From a virus (lineage: Duplodnaviria; Caudoviricetes): DNA of 52,865 nt. This document shows, piece by piece, positions 26,413 to 35,094 of this stretch. The notes below the pieces were generated by a model. It was not told where the DNA came from, ran no database searches, and saw only the letters and a program-made list of their open reading frames with translations. The stretch lies in IMG/VR virus record IMGVR_UViG_3300043420_002024, positions 1 through 52,865 of that record; one strand, written 5' to 3'. Both the position numbers and the translations under genes were made by a program. Position 1 is the first letter of the stretch; each line of letters opens with the position of its first letter.

Positions 26413-27538
26413 TCAATCCGAATTAAAAATACTTTGTGATAATTTGTGCGATAATATTGAAGATGTTTTTGATTTCTTTAACCTAGAAACAAAACACAAC
26501 AGTAAAATGTACACTATGTCTTGCCCAATACATGGTGGAGATAATGTCTCTGCCTTAAATTTGTATCATACAGGGGATAGGTATAGAGGCAATTGGGCTT
26601 GCAGAACTCATAATTGTGAAAAAATATTTAAGCCTTCAATTATAGGCTTCGTTAGAGGCTTGATATCTGTAGAAAAATATGATTGGAGTATTAATAATAA
26701 AGATAATAATATTTGTCCTTTTAATGAAGCTGTAGAATTTTCTCTAGGTTTGCTCAACAAAACTATTTCGGATTTTAAAGTATCAAAGAGTCTTCAAGAG
26801 AAAAACAAATTTTCTCAACTAGTAGATAAGGTTACAAATAAGAATCAAAATGAGCATAAAACAATCAAAAGGGAATATGTCTTATCTTCATTAGACATAC
26901 CTGCAGATTACTATATCAATAGAGGATATTCTAAAGAAGTATTAACTAGATACGATATAGGTTTTTGTAGTAAAGCAGGAAAAGAGATGACCGATAGGGT
27001 TGTCGCCCCCATATATACAGACGATCATAAATTTGTTGTAGGATGTACTGGCAGATCTGTATATGAAAAATGTTCTGCATGTTCTGCCTTTCATAATCCA
27101 GAAAATCCATGTCCTCCAGAAAACAATCTATGGAAATATTCTAAGTGGAAACATAATTCTGGTTTTAAGTCGCAAAACTATTTGTATAATTTTTGGTTTG
27201 CTAAAGAAGAAATACTAAAAACCAACACAGCAATTTTAGTTGAGAGTCCAGGAAATGTTTGGAAATTGGAAGAAAACGGAATACACAATAGTGTGGCTAT
27301 ATTTGGCTGTTCTTTAAGCGATAGACAAAAACTAATACTAGATTCTTCTGGAGCAATGAACTTAATTATTCTAACAGATAATGATGAGCCTGGAAGAAAA
27401 GCTGCGGAACAGATAAAAGAAAAATGTCAAAAAACTTATAATGTTTATATTCCCAGCATTAGCAAACAAGATGTTGGAGAAATGAAAAGAGAAGAAATCG
27501 ATAACGAAATCAAAAAATTTATGGAGAAAATAATATGA
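26369..27538 (+). CDS. dnaG: DNA primase (CHC2-type Zn finger plus TOPRIM)
   Basis: CPIHGGDN...WACRTHNC; YY..RG; LYN; LVESPGNVW; TDNDEPG; DVGEM. Confidence 0.88.
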   Translation: MKTMLKNKKKFRSYNQSELKILCDNLCDNIEDVFDFFNLETKHNSKMYTMSCPIHGGDNVSALNLYHTGDRYRGNWACRTHNCEKIFKPSIIGFVRGLISVEKYDWSINNKDNNICPFNEAVEFSLGLLNKTISDFKVSKSLQEKNKFSQLVDKVTNKNQNEHKTIKREYVLSSLDIPADYYINRGYSKEVLTRYDIGFCSKAGKEMTDRVVAPIYTDDHKFVVGCTGRSVYEKCSACSAFHNPENPCPPENNLWKYSKWKHNSGFKSQNYLYNFWFAKEEILKTNTAILVESPGNVWKLEENGIHNSVAIFGCSLSDRQKLILDSSGAMNLIILTDNDEPGRKAAEQIKEKCQKTYNVYIPSISKQDVGEMKREEIDNEIKKFMEKII

Positions 27539-28116
27539 ATATTATTGCTTTTGCTGGAAGAAAACAATCAGGAAAAACAAGCGCTGCGCTGGCTGTTGTT
27601 CAAGCGTTTGAAGTAAGAAATATCACAGGCATAGTTAAGGTATATAACTTTGCAGACCCATTAAAAAACTTGTGTATTGATATTTTTGGACTAGAACACC
27701 GACAGTGTTATGGTAATGACCAAGATAAAAACGAGCTTGTTGATTGTTATTGGGACGATAAGCAACTGTCATCTAGAGAAGTTTTACAAATTGTTGGCAC
27801 AGATATGTTTCGTAAAATGCAGCATCATGTATGGTCTTCGGCAACAATTAGAAAAATCAAACAAGACAATCCGGACCTAGCACTAATTGCTGATTGTAGA
27901 TTTCCGAATGAAGTTGAAGCAGTTAAAAAAGCTGGTGGTATTGTTATCAAACTGAACAGAAATGTACATAGTTCTGATCACGCAAGCGAAACTGCACTAG
28001 ATAAAGAAAATTATGATTATTCAAATTTTGATTTGGTTGTAGAAAACCAGGATATGGACATATATGAAAAAAACTATTATATAGGCACATTTCTTAGAAA
28101 CATAGGTGTTGTATGA
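27535..28116 (+). CDS. Deoxynucleoside monophosphate kinase (phage type)
   Basis: GRKQSGKT, FADPLK, REVLQIVGTD, DCRFPNE, HASE. Confidence 0.88.
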   Translation: MNIIAFAGRKQSGKTSAALAVVQAFEVRNITGIVKVYNFADPLKNLCIDIFGLEHRQCYGNDQDKNELVDCYWDDKQLSSREVLQIVGTDMFRKMQHHVWSSATIRKIKQDNPDLALIADCRFPNEVEAVKKAGGIVIKLNRNVHSSDHASETALDKENYDYSNFDLVVENQDMDIYEKNYYIGTFLRNIGVV

Positions 28117-29135
28117 TTATTACTTATTTAAGAAGTTCTAGTTATGGTACGCATTCTATGTGTGAACAGCAATATTTTATCGAATATAATTTAGGAATTC
28201 GTAGCCCATCTAATCAAAAGGCCGATAAGGGAACCATAGTACATAAAGTAATGGAGATATTAGCAGATATATCTGTTGCTATTAAAAAAACACAAATGCA
28301 TATAGAGGATGATATATGTGGGGAAATTGACGTTTTGAATTATGACTTAAATTCAATTATAGAAACTGTCTATGAGTATTATACAAGTAGATTTAACCAT
28401 CATAACTGGAAACCTCTCGACTTAAAACATTGTAAACAATGGGTAGAAAAGGCTATAAATGTACAAAATGGTAATTTTGATCCCAGGAATCAAAATATTA
28501 TACAGCCGGAACAAAGATTTGATATAGAAATAAAAAAACCATGGGCTTATTATCATTATAGCGAAGATTTAAAAGGTTATTTAGCTATTAAAGGAACTAT
28601 AGATTTAATTGCAAAACCAAATGAAAACACGTTGGAAATCATCGATTATAAAACTGGTAGAAGGCTAGATTGGACAACAGGAGAAGAAAAAACTTTTGGT
28701 AAATTAGAAAAAGATCCACAATTAAGAATGTATCATTATGCCGCAAGTATACTTTATCCAGAAATAGACCATATTATTGTTAGTATATATTTTATTAATG
28801 ACGGTGGCATATTTAGTATGAATTATGATCGTAGCCATCTTCAAGAAACAGAAGATATGATCCGTAGAAAATTTGAAGAAATTAAAAGATGTAAAAGGCC
28901 TAGATTAAATAAGTCTTGGAAATGTACTAAACTATGTCATTTTGGCAAAAACTATTTTGACGAACCATTAATAGAATATAGAGATAATCAGGTTTGTGCT
29001 CATGGAACACCAATGACCATGTGTCAACAAATAGCCCATGCAATAGAAGTTGCTGGAATTAACTCAACTATTGACAAGTATACCGTTGAAGGCTATAATG
29101 TTGGAAAGTACAAAGCGCCTGGGAGCACGGAATGA
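28113..29135 (+). CDS. PD-(D/E)XK exonuclease, Cas4/RecB/AddB-like
   Basis: CEQQY, GTIVH, GTIDLI, IIDYKTG, QLRMY, C-terminal CTKLCHF...C. Confidence 0.85.
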   Translation: MIITYLRSSSYGTHSMCEQQYFIEYNLGIRSPSNQKADKGTIVHKVMEILADISVAIKKTQMHIEDDICGEIDVLNYDLNSIIETVYEYYTSRFNHHNWKPLDLKHCKQWVEKAINVQNGNFDPRNQNIIQPEQRFDIEIKKPWAYYHYSEDLKGYLAIKGTIDLIAKPNENTLEIIDYKTGRRLDWTTGEEKTFGKLEKDPQLRMYHYAASILYPEIDHIIVSIYFINDGGIFSMNYDRSHLQETEDMIRRKFEEIKRCKRPRLNKSWKCTKLCHFGKNYFDEPLIEYRDNQVCAHGTPMTMCQQIAHAIEVAGINSTIDKYTVEGYNVGKYKAPGSTE

Positions 29136-31024
29136 AAAACTATACGCCTCTACATTGTCATAGTCATTACTCACTTTTGGACGGACTCAGTAAACCTGAT
29201 CAAATAGCAAAAAGAATAAATGAAATAGGAGCATCTGCTTGTGCATTAACGGATCACGGGAATATTTCCGGTGCTGTACAATTCTATTCTTGCATGAAAA
29301 AGAACAAAATCAAACCTATATTAGGTTGTGAAATATACATGTGTCATGATGATCCAAAAAAGAAAACCAAAGAAAATTATGACCTATCACACTTTTTGGT
29401 TCTAGCAAAAAACCTGAAAGGCTGGAAAAAGCTAATACATTTAGTTTCTAGGTCAAATGACCCAGAATGTTTTTATAGAAAGCCTAGAATAGACATTAAG
29501 GGACTTCAAGAATATGCTGGTGACGACCTAATAGGAATATGTGGACATCTTGGATCTTATATTACAGACAAGATCTCTGTAAACAATCAAATTATAGATA
29601 ATTGGAAAACTGTTGGTTCGAATACAGTTGATGAGCTAAAATCTATCTTTGGAAAAGAAAACTTCTTTTTAGAGGCCCAGTTAATGGATTATATTAATAA
29701 TCCCATACAAATAGAAATTACTGAAAAATTAAGAAGTCTAGCTCAAATAACTAATACAAAAATTTTGTGTACACCAGATGCGCATTATTGCAGAAAAGAA
29801 GATGCTGTAGATCAAAGAATTCTACTATGTAATAATTTAAAAACTACATTTCCAGAAATACAAAGAAAATCTAATGCCGGTATCGATATAGGCATGAACT
29901 GTTTTTTTGAGTCGGATAATTTTCACATTCTTTCTCAAGAAGAAATTAATGATCTACATACAGAAGAAGAAATAGAAAATACTAATTTAGTTGAATCCAT
30001 GTGTGAAGATTATGATATTCTACACAAACCTATGCTACCTCCATTTGATTGCCCTAAAGGATTTACAGATGCAGAATACTTGAGACAATTATGTAGAGAC
30101 GGTTGGAAATCAAAAATAGAAAAAGATGTACCAAAAGATAAGCATGGAGAATATGTAGATCGAATTAAATATGAATTAGACGTCTTACAAGGCGCTGATT
30201 TATCCAGTTATTTTTTGATAGTACAAGATATTGTAAATCATATTAGAGACAATAATTGGCTTCCTGGACCCGGAAGAGGTTCTGCGGCAGGATGTCTTGT
30301 TTCATATCTAATCGGTATTACCAGCATAGATCCAATTAAATACAATTTGATTTTTGATAGATTTTATAACGCTGGAAGAAATACTAAAGATAGAATTTCT
30401 ATGCCAGATATTGATGTAGACGTACCGATTAATAAAAGAGAAGTAATCATCCAATATATCAAAGATAAATATGGTTCTGACAAAGTATCACAAATGATTA
30501 CTTATAATACTATGAAAGGCAGAGGTGCTTTAAAAGATGTATTAAGAGTATACGGAAACATTACATTTGAAGAGATGAACAAAATCACAAAAAATATTCC
30601 AGATGAGGCTAAAATTGCTGATGAGCTTCAAGAAATGAAAGAAGAATATGGAGAAGCTTCTATTATAAGATGGGCCTTAGAAAATAATCCTGACGAACTA
30701 AGAGAATGGTGTTCAATTAATAAAGACACAAATGAGATACAAGGTCCGCTTGCCAAAAGGTTTGAGCAAGCTATTAGATTAGAAGGAACCAAATCAAACC
30801 AATCAAAGCATGCCGCTGGAGTTGTTATCAGCCAACATAAACTAGAAGATACATGCCCGATGGTTTATGACAGCAAGAACAAACAATTAATTGCTGGTAT
30901 GGAAATGCAAGACTTAGAGTCTCTTGGTGTTATTAAGTTTGATATTCTTGGTATAGCTATGTTGGATAAAATTATGTCTATTCAAGATTTATTAAAATCT
31001 AATTCGTTTAACCTTTCAAATTAA
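29132..31024 (+). CDS. dnaE: DNA polymerase III alpha, N-terminal half (PHP + palm/thumb)
   Basis: HCHSHYSLLDG, TDHG, PDAHY, GPGRGSAAG, MPDIDVD, KHAAGVVI, KFDILG; ends ~23 aa after KFDILG. Confidence 0.93.
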   Translation: MKNYTPLHCHSHYSLLDGLSKPDQIAKRINEIGASACALTDHGNISGAVQFYSCMKKNKIKPILGCEIYMCHDDPKKKTKENYDLSHFLVLAKNLKGWKKLIHLVSRSNDPECFYRKPRIDIKGLQEYAGDDLIGICGHLGSYITDKISVNNQIIDNWKTVGSNTVDELKSIFGKENFFLEAQLMDYINNPIQIEITEKLRSLAQITNTKILCTPDAHYCRKEDAVDQRILLCNNLKTTFPEIQRKSNAGIDIGMNCFFESDNFHILSQEEINDLHTEEEIENTNLVESMCEDYDILHKPMLPPFDCPKGFTDAEYLRQLCRDGWKSKIEKDVPKDKHGEYVDRIKYELDVLQGADLSSYFLIVQDIVNHIRDNNWLPGPGRGSAAGCLVSYLIGITSIDPIKYNLIFDRFYNAGRNTKDRISMPDIDVDVPINKREVIIQYIKDKYGSDKVSQMITYNTMKGRGALKDVLRVYGNITFEEMNKITKNIPDEAKIADELQEMKEEYGEASIIRWALENNPDELREWCSINKDTNEIQGPLAKRFEQAIRLEGTKSNQSKHAAGVVISQHKLEDTCPMVYDSKNKQLIAGMEMQDLESLGVIKFDILGIAMLDKIMSIQDLLKSNSFNLSN

Positions 31025-31034
31025 GGAGATAATA

Positions 31035-31220
31035 ATGACAGTACAATTTAAAGACGTAGCAATAGGTTCTCAATTTATATTCAATGATGTTAAATACGAA
31101 AAAATTCCAGAGATTAGAGTAAGTTGCTGCACTGCTCATACAGCACAAGAAGTGGGTAATCCGAATTCTAAAATACAAATTCTGCCATTAGTGGAAGTAG
31201 AGGTGCTAGAAAATAAATGA
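31035..31220 (+). CDS. Small 61-aa hypothetical protein
   Basis: Strong AAGGAG RBS; beta-rich sequence with a CC pair; coupled to the exonuclease gene. Confidence 0.75.
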   Translation: MTVQFKDVAIGSQFIFNDVKYEKIPEIRVSCCTAHTAQEVGNPNSKIQILPLVEVEVLENK

Positions 31221-31903
31221 TCAATTATAACAAAATTTGTGTTTTTGACTTTGAAACAGATGGATCAAACCCATTCGTTTGTAGCCCAGTACAAATAGCT
31301 GCGGTTATGATAGATCCAATTAATCTTTCGGTTATTAAAGACTCAGAGCTAAATTTGCACTTTAAGCCAGAAGTTTTAGAAAATGATCCAGATTATGAAT
31401 ACAAAGGAGATATCTTAGATTTCCATGCTAAAGTTAAGGGAACGGACAAAGAATCTGTATTAGCAGAATGGAAGACATATCCGTCACAAAAAACTTCTTG
31501 GAATCTTTTTACAGATTATATGGATAAGTATCATTCTAGATCTTCCAAGAAAAGCCAGTTTAGCGCCCCTATAGCAGCTGGCTATAATATTCATAGGTTT
31601 GATTTGCCAATTATTGAGAGGTTAAGCACTAAATATGGAAATCTTAATAAAGAAAAAAGAAGCAATGTCTTCTATATGAGAGACGTTCTGGATATTATGC
31701 ATATAGTATTTCTATGGTTTGAAAATAATACAGACTTGAAGAGTTATTCTCTGGATTCTTTAAGAGATTATTTTGGAATATCCAAAGAAGGTGCTCATGA
31801 CGCATTAAAGGATGTTAGAGATTGTGCAGAAATTCTTATTAGGTTTCTAAAACTACACAGGAGAATGTCAACAAAAATACAATTTAAGGATTCTTTTAAA
31901 TGA
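31217..31903 (+). CDS. DEDDh 3'-5' exonuclease (DNA Pol III epsilon/DnaQ-like)
   Basis: FDFETDG (ExoI), GYNIHRFD (ExoII), HDALKD (ExoIII). Confidence 0.9.
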   Translation: MINYNKICVFDFETDGSNPFVCSPVQIAAVMIDPINLSVIKDSELNLHFKPEVLENDPDYEYKGDILDFHAKVKGTDKESVLAEWKTYPSQKTSWNLFTDYMDKYHSRSSKKSQFSAPIAAGYNIHRFDLPIIERLSTKYGNLNKEKRSNVFYMRDVLDIMHIVFLWFENNTDLKSYSLDSLRDYFGISKEGAHDALKDVRDCAEILIRFLKLHRRMSTKIQFKDSFK

Positions 31904-32340
31904 GTAAAAAACTTGTAATAAAAACAATAGTCCGAACTATTGTCTATCAAATACTATTGGTTTGGGCTGGGTTTTCTATAGGTTTCATGGTAAATCCAGA
32001 ATATTGGGGTAATCGTGCTCCGCTTGTTGAGAGATCTATCAAACATATCTTTTGGCCTATTGAATATAACGAAAATGTAGAACAGTTTTTATGTAGTATC
32101 GGTAGGTCTAGAATATATTTTGAACTAGAAGCATCTGCGCCGGGATTCTATGGATTAAAAATACTCGAAGAAAAAATGGAAAGCGACGAATACTATATAG
32201 CAAAATATAAATACACAAATATAAATGGCGATGTGGTTATAGTAGATGACTATAGGACAAAGATCAACTGGAAACCCTGGGAATTAGACTATCCTTTACC
32301 TGAAGAAAAAACAGCAGACAGCGCAAAGGATTTTGACTAA
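31900..32340 (+). CDS. Hypothetical membrane-anchored protein
   Basis: 146 aa; N-terminal TM segment IVYQILLVWAGFSIGFMV. Confidence 0.7.
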   Translation: MSKKLVIKTIVRTIVYQILLVWAGFSIGFMVNPEYWGNRAPLVERSIKHIFWPIEYNENVEQFLCSIGRSRIYFELEASAPGFYGLKILEEKMESDEYYIAKYKYTNINGDVVIVDDYRTKINWKPWELDYPLPEEKTADSAKDFD

Positions 32341-32915
32341 TGACAATAACTAATAAGGATATTGTACAGTATATTGTGGAAGACAATATGCAAGATTTGA
32401 TTATTTCCAACGCTAAAAAAGCAGAAATTGGTGGTTTTTCCCAAATTAGAAATAATATGGAAAGAAACAAACTACTTTCTGAAGATCAATTAGTGGGACA
32501 AATAAGCACCTATTGTGCATCAATGGTCTTGACTGGAAAAGCAGAAGGGTATATTAAGGCAAGAGAAAAAGCTAATATGAATCCCTATTCTGGAGATGAA
32601 GGAATCGATATTCAAGGACTAGATAATATAGATATCAAAGGTAGTTTGATGAGATATTCAAAAAATCCTTTAGAATACAGGCTGTTGGTTAGGCCAAAAG
32701 AAAGACATAAAAATTGGATTTATGTCTTAGCGTTAGTGCCAAAAGAAAGACCTTACAAATCTTATATTGTAGGATGGGCCGAAGATAAAGATTTGCCAAA
32801 ACAAACATATAACGGAGCAATTAAATCTTTACATGGTGCTTATGTTATAGAAGCAAAAAACTTAAAGCCTATCAAAAAATTAATTGAAAACACAACATTG
32901 ATCTTTAATAATTAG
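32340..32915 (+). CDS. Hypothetical protein, possibly of the restriction-endonuclease (PD-(D/E)XK) fold
   Basis: GQISTY...GDEGIDI...NIDIKG...YVLALV...IVGW resembles phage PD-(D/E)XK-like proteins. Confidence 0.55.
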   Translation: MTITNKDIVQYIVEDNMQDLIISNAKKAEIGGFSQIRNNMERNKLLSEDQLVGQISTYCASMVLTGKAEGYIKAREKANMNPYSGDEGIDIQGLDNIDIKGSLMRYSKNPLEYRLLVRPKERHKNWIYVLALVPKERPYKSYIVGWAEDKDLPKQTYNGAIKSLHGAYVIEAKNLKPIKKLIENTTLIFNN

Positions 32916-32925
32916 AAATATAAGC

Positions 32926-34530
32926 ATGAAATATTTTACATATAATTGTGGCTGTAAATTTCCTATTGTAGACTCAAATTCTATTATATTTAATTCAAAA
33001 ATAGAAGACATAAATTTGGATTGTCAAAGAACTTGGGAATTAATAAGTGAAGGAAACACAAAAGGATGTTTCCAGTTAGAGTCTAGACTCGGAAGAACAA
33101 TGGCAAAAAAACTAAAGCCAGAGAACATAGAGCAGCTTTCTGCTTTAATCAGTATTGTTAGACCGGGTTGTCTAGAAGCTATTAGAGATGGAAAAAGCGT
33201 TAGTAACCATTACATCGATAAAAAGAATGGAAATGAATCCATTGATTATTTTCATCCTTCTCTAGAACCGATTTTAAATGCAAGCTATGGAGAAATGATC
33301 TATCAAGAACAAGCAATGGAGATCACAAAAGTTATTGCTGGTTTCAATTTACAAGAAGCCGATATGTTAAGAAAAGCTATTGGTAAAAAGCAGCCAGAAG
33401 AAATGGCAAAAGTCAAGCAAAAATTTCTTGAAGGAGCCACATCTAAAAATATAGTAAACCAAACCCAGGCAGAAGAGATATTCAGTTGGATTGAAAAATC
33501 ACAAAGATATTCTTTTAATAAAAGTCACAGTATTTCTTATGCTGTTAATGCCTATATGTCGGCATATGCTAAGGCTCATTTTCCAAAAATATTTTTTGCT
33601 TCTTATTTAAGGTATGCAAAAGATAAAATTGATCCACAACAAGAGATCAAAGAATTAATTCAAAACGCTAACGAAATGGACATAGAAGTAACTCCTCCAG
33701 ACATAAGAAATCTAAATGAGTTTTTTTCATTACAAGAAGGAAAAATTTATTTTGGTTTGACAGACATTAAGGGTGTTGGTAAATCTGTTTTTGATAAGTT
33801 AAAAAGCGTTGTTACAGAAAATAATCTTGACTTAAATACAATGACCTGGGAAGAAATATTATTTAAGGTTTTACTGAATATTAATTCTACAGCAGCTAAA
33901 GCTTTAATTAGTTGCGGAGCTTTAAGATTTGTAGACAAAACCAGAAATGCTATGTTGTATGAATTAAATATAGCTAGCAAGCTAACTAGTAGAGAGATCA
34001 AAATCATAGAAGAATATATAAAGTCAAATAATCTTAAAAACTTGATAGAGATTCTTAGCAGCTCAAAAGTTAATAAAAAAAGAATGCAAACTATTCAAGA
34101 GCTTAAATACTCACTAATAAAGCCTCCTTTTAGTCTTGCGGATAGTCCTGAATGGATTTCTGACAACGAAGACACTCTATTAGGATATTCTATTACATGT
34201 TCTAAGATAGATATGTACGATATTAGTATGACAAATTGTACATGTAAAGAATTTAAAAACGGATTCAATAGAGAAAATATAATGCTTGCTGGAGAAATAG
34301 ATAGGATTCATGTAGTAAAAACTAAAAACGGAAATTCCAAAGGAATGGATATGGCTTTTATATCTGTTAGCGATAGTACAGGAAATCTTGATTCTATTAT
34401 ATGTTTTGCAGAACAATACAGGCAGTTTAAGAATGTTTTGTTTGATGGGAACGTTATTATCATAAAAGGTAAAAAATCTAATCAGAAAGATAGTCTAATA
34501 GTAGAAAAAATATTTATACCTGCGTCTTGA
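32926..34530 (+). CDS. dnaE: DNA polymerase III alpha, C-terminal half (fingers, HhH, OB)
   Basis: GNTKGCFQLES, RPG, IYQEQAM, ADMLRKAIGKK, YSFNKSH, IYFGLTDIKGVG, OB fold MAFISVSDSTG. Confidence 0.93.
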   Translation: MKYFTYNCGCKFPIVDSNSIIFNSKIEDINLDCQRTWELISEGNTKGCFQLESRLGRTMAKKLKPENIEQLSALISIVRPGCLEAIRDGKSVSNHYIDKKNGNESIDYFHPSLEPILNASYGEMIYQEQAMEITKVIAGFNLQEADMLRKAIGKKQPEEMAKVKQKFLEGATSKNIVNQTQAEEIFSWIEKSQRYSFNKSHSISYAVNAYMSAYAKAHFPKIFFASYLRYAKDKIDPQQEIKELIQNANEMDIEVTPPDIRNLNEFFSLQEGKIYFGLTDIKGVGKSVFDKLKSVVTENNLDLNTMTWEEILFKVLLNINSTAAKALISCGALRFVDKTRNAMLYELNIASKLTSREIKIIEEYIKSNNLKNLIEILSSSKVNKKRMQTIQELKYSLIKPPFSLADSPEWISDNEDTLLGYSITCSKIDMYDISMTNCTCKEFKNGFNRENIMLAGEIDRIHVVKTKNGNSKGMDMAFISVSDSTGNLDSIICFAEQYRQFKNVLFDGNVIIIKGKKSNQKDSLIVEKIFIPAS

Positions 34531-34554
34531 CAATCAGTACAATTTTGATACAAT
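34527..34554 (+). promoter_or_regulatory. Sigma70-like promoter TTGACA-N16-TACAAT
   Basis: The -35 overlaps the dnaE-C stop codon; lies upstream of ssb (AGGAG RBS). Confidence 0.75.
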
Positions 34555-34609
34555 AGTAGTAGTTCGTGGTGCCCTCTTTTTAATTTTTTAGTAGGAGTTT
34601 GATAAAATA

Positions 34610-35002
34610 ATGAACATTATTATCCTTAAAGGCAATTTGGCTCGTGATCCTGAACTCAGATGCATTAGTTCTAATGGTAGAGAAACATATGTGGTAAATT
34701 TTACAGTTGCTGTTTCTAGAGAATACTATAAGAACAATGGTGACAAAGACAAGATTACAACTTTTGTTCCTTGCGAAGCATGGGATAGCGGAGCAGAGGT
34801 AATTGGGGAATCCTTCAAGAAGGGAGACCCTGTAATGATCGAAGGTTCTCTACGGAATGATAGCTGGGAAAAAGACGGCGTTAAACATAATACTATGAAA
34901 GTAAGGGTTAATAATTTTTCAAAGATCACAAAGCTTTCTAGAAAAAAAACAGCCGCTGTATCTACGGAAAGTAGTGAACTAGAAGACACAGTAGCGTTTT
35001 AA
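34610..35002 (+). CDS. ssb: Single-stranded DNA-binding protein
   Basis: MN..ILKGNLARDPELR, NFTVAVSR, TTFVPCEAW, KKGD..MIEGSL; acidic tail ELEDTVAF. Confidence 0.93.
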   Translation: MNIIILKGNLARDPELRCISSNGRETYVVNFTVAVSREYYKNNGDKDKITTFVPCEAWDSGAEVIGESFKKGDPVMIEGSLRNDSWEKDGVKHNTMKVRVNNFSKITKLSRKKTAAVSTESSELEDTVAF

Positions 35003-35021
35003 TATCAGTATTATGCTTATT

Positions 35022-35060
35022 TCCCCCCAGAGATCATATCTCTGTGGGGGATTAAGTTTT
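35022..35060 (+). terminator. Strong hairpin after ssb, probable intrinsic terminator or RNA-stabilising stem
   Basis: TCCCCCCAGAGAT-CAT-ATCTCTGTGGGGGA stem (one bulge) followed by TTAAGTTTT; the U-tract is weak. Confidence 0.65.
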
Positions 35061-35094
35061 GGCACAAATAAAAAGACATAAATATTAGGACAAT

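Noticed and set aside
28113-29135. CRISPR-Cas system suggested by the Cas4-like nuclease
   Set aside because: No repeat-spacer array and no cas1/cas2; solo Cas4/RecB-like nucleases are common in phage replication modules.
29610-29625. tRNA T-loop-like GGTTCGAAT
   Set aside because: Lies inside the dnaE-N coding frame with no cloverleaf around it.
32529-32555. Internal promoter for dnaE-C (TTGACT-N15-TATATT)
   Set aside because: The 15-nt spacer is too short, both boxes are imperfect, and it lies within a coding region; likely chance.
31025-32925. Self-splicing intron interrupting dnaE
   Set aside because: The gap is fully tiled by four coupled ORFs, leaving no room for group I/II RNA structure, and each half has its own stop or start.
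32926-32949. MKYFTYN-C at the start of DnaE-C resembles a tiny split-intein C-fragment (Asn followed by Cys+1)
   Set aside because: DnaE-N has no Cys/Ser-initiated IntN after the extein, there is no penultimate His, and none of the intervening ORFs looks like a HINT domain.
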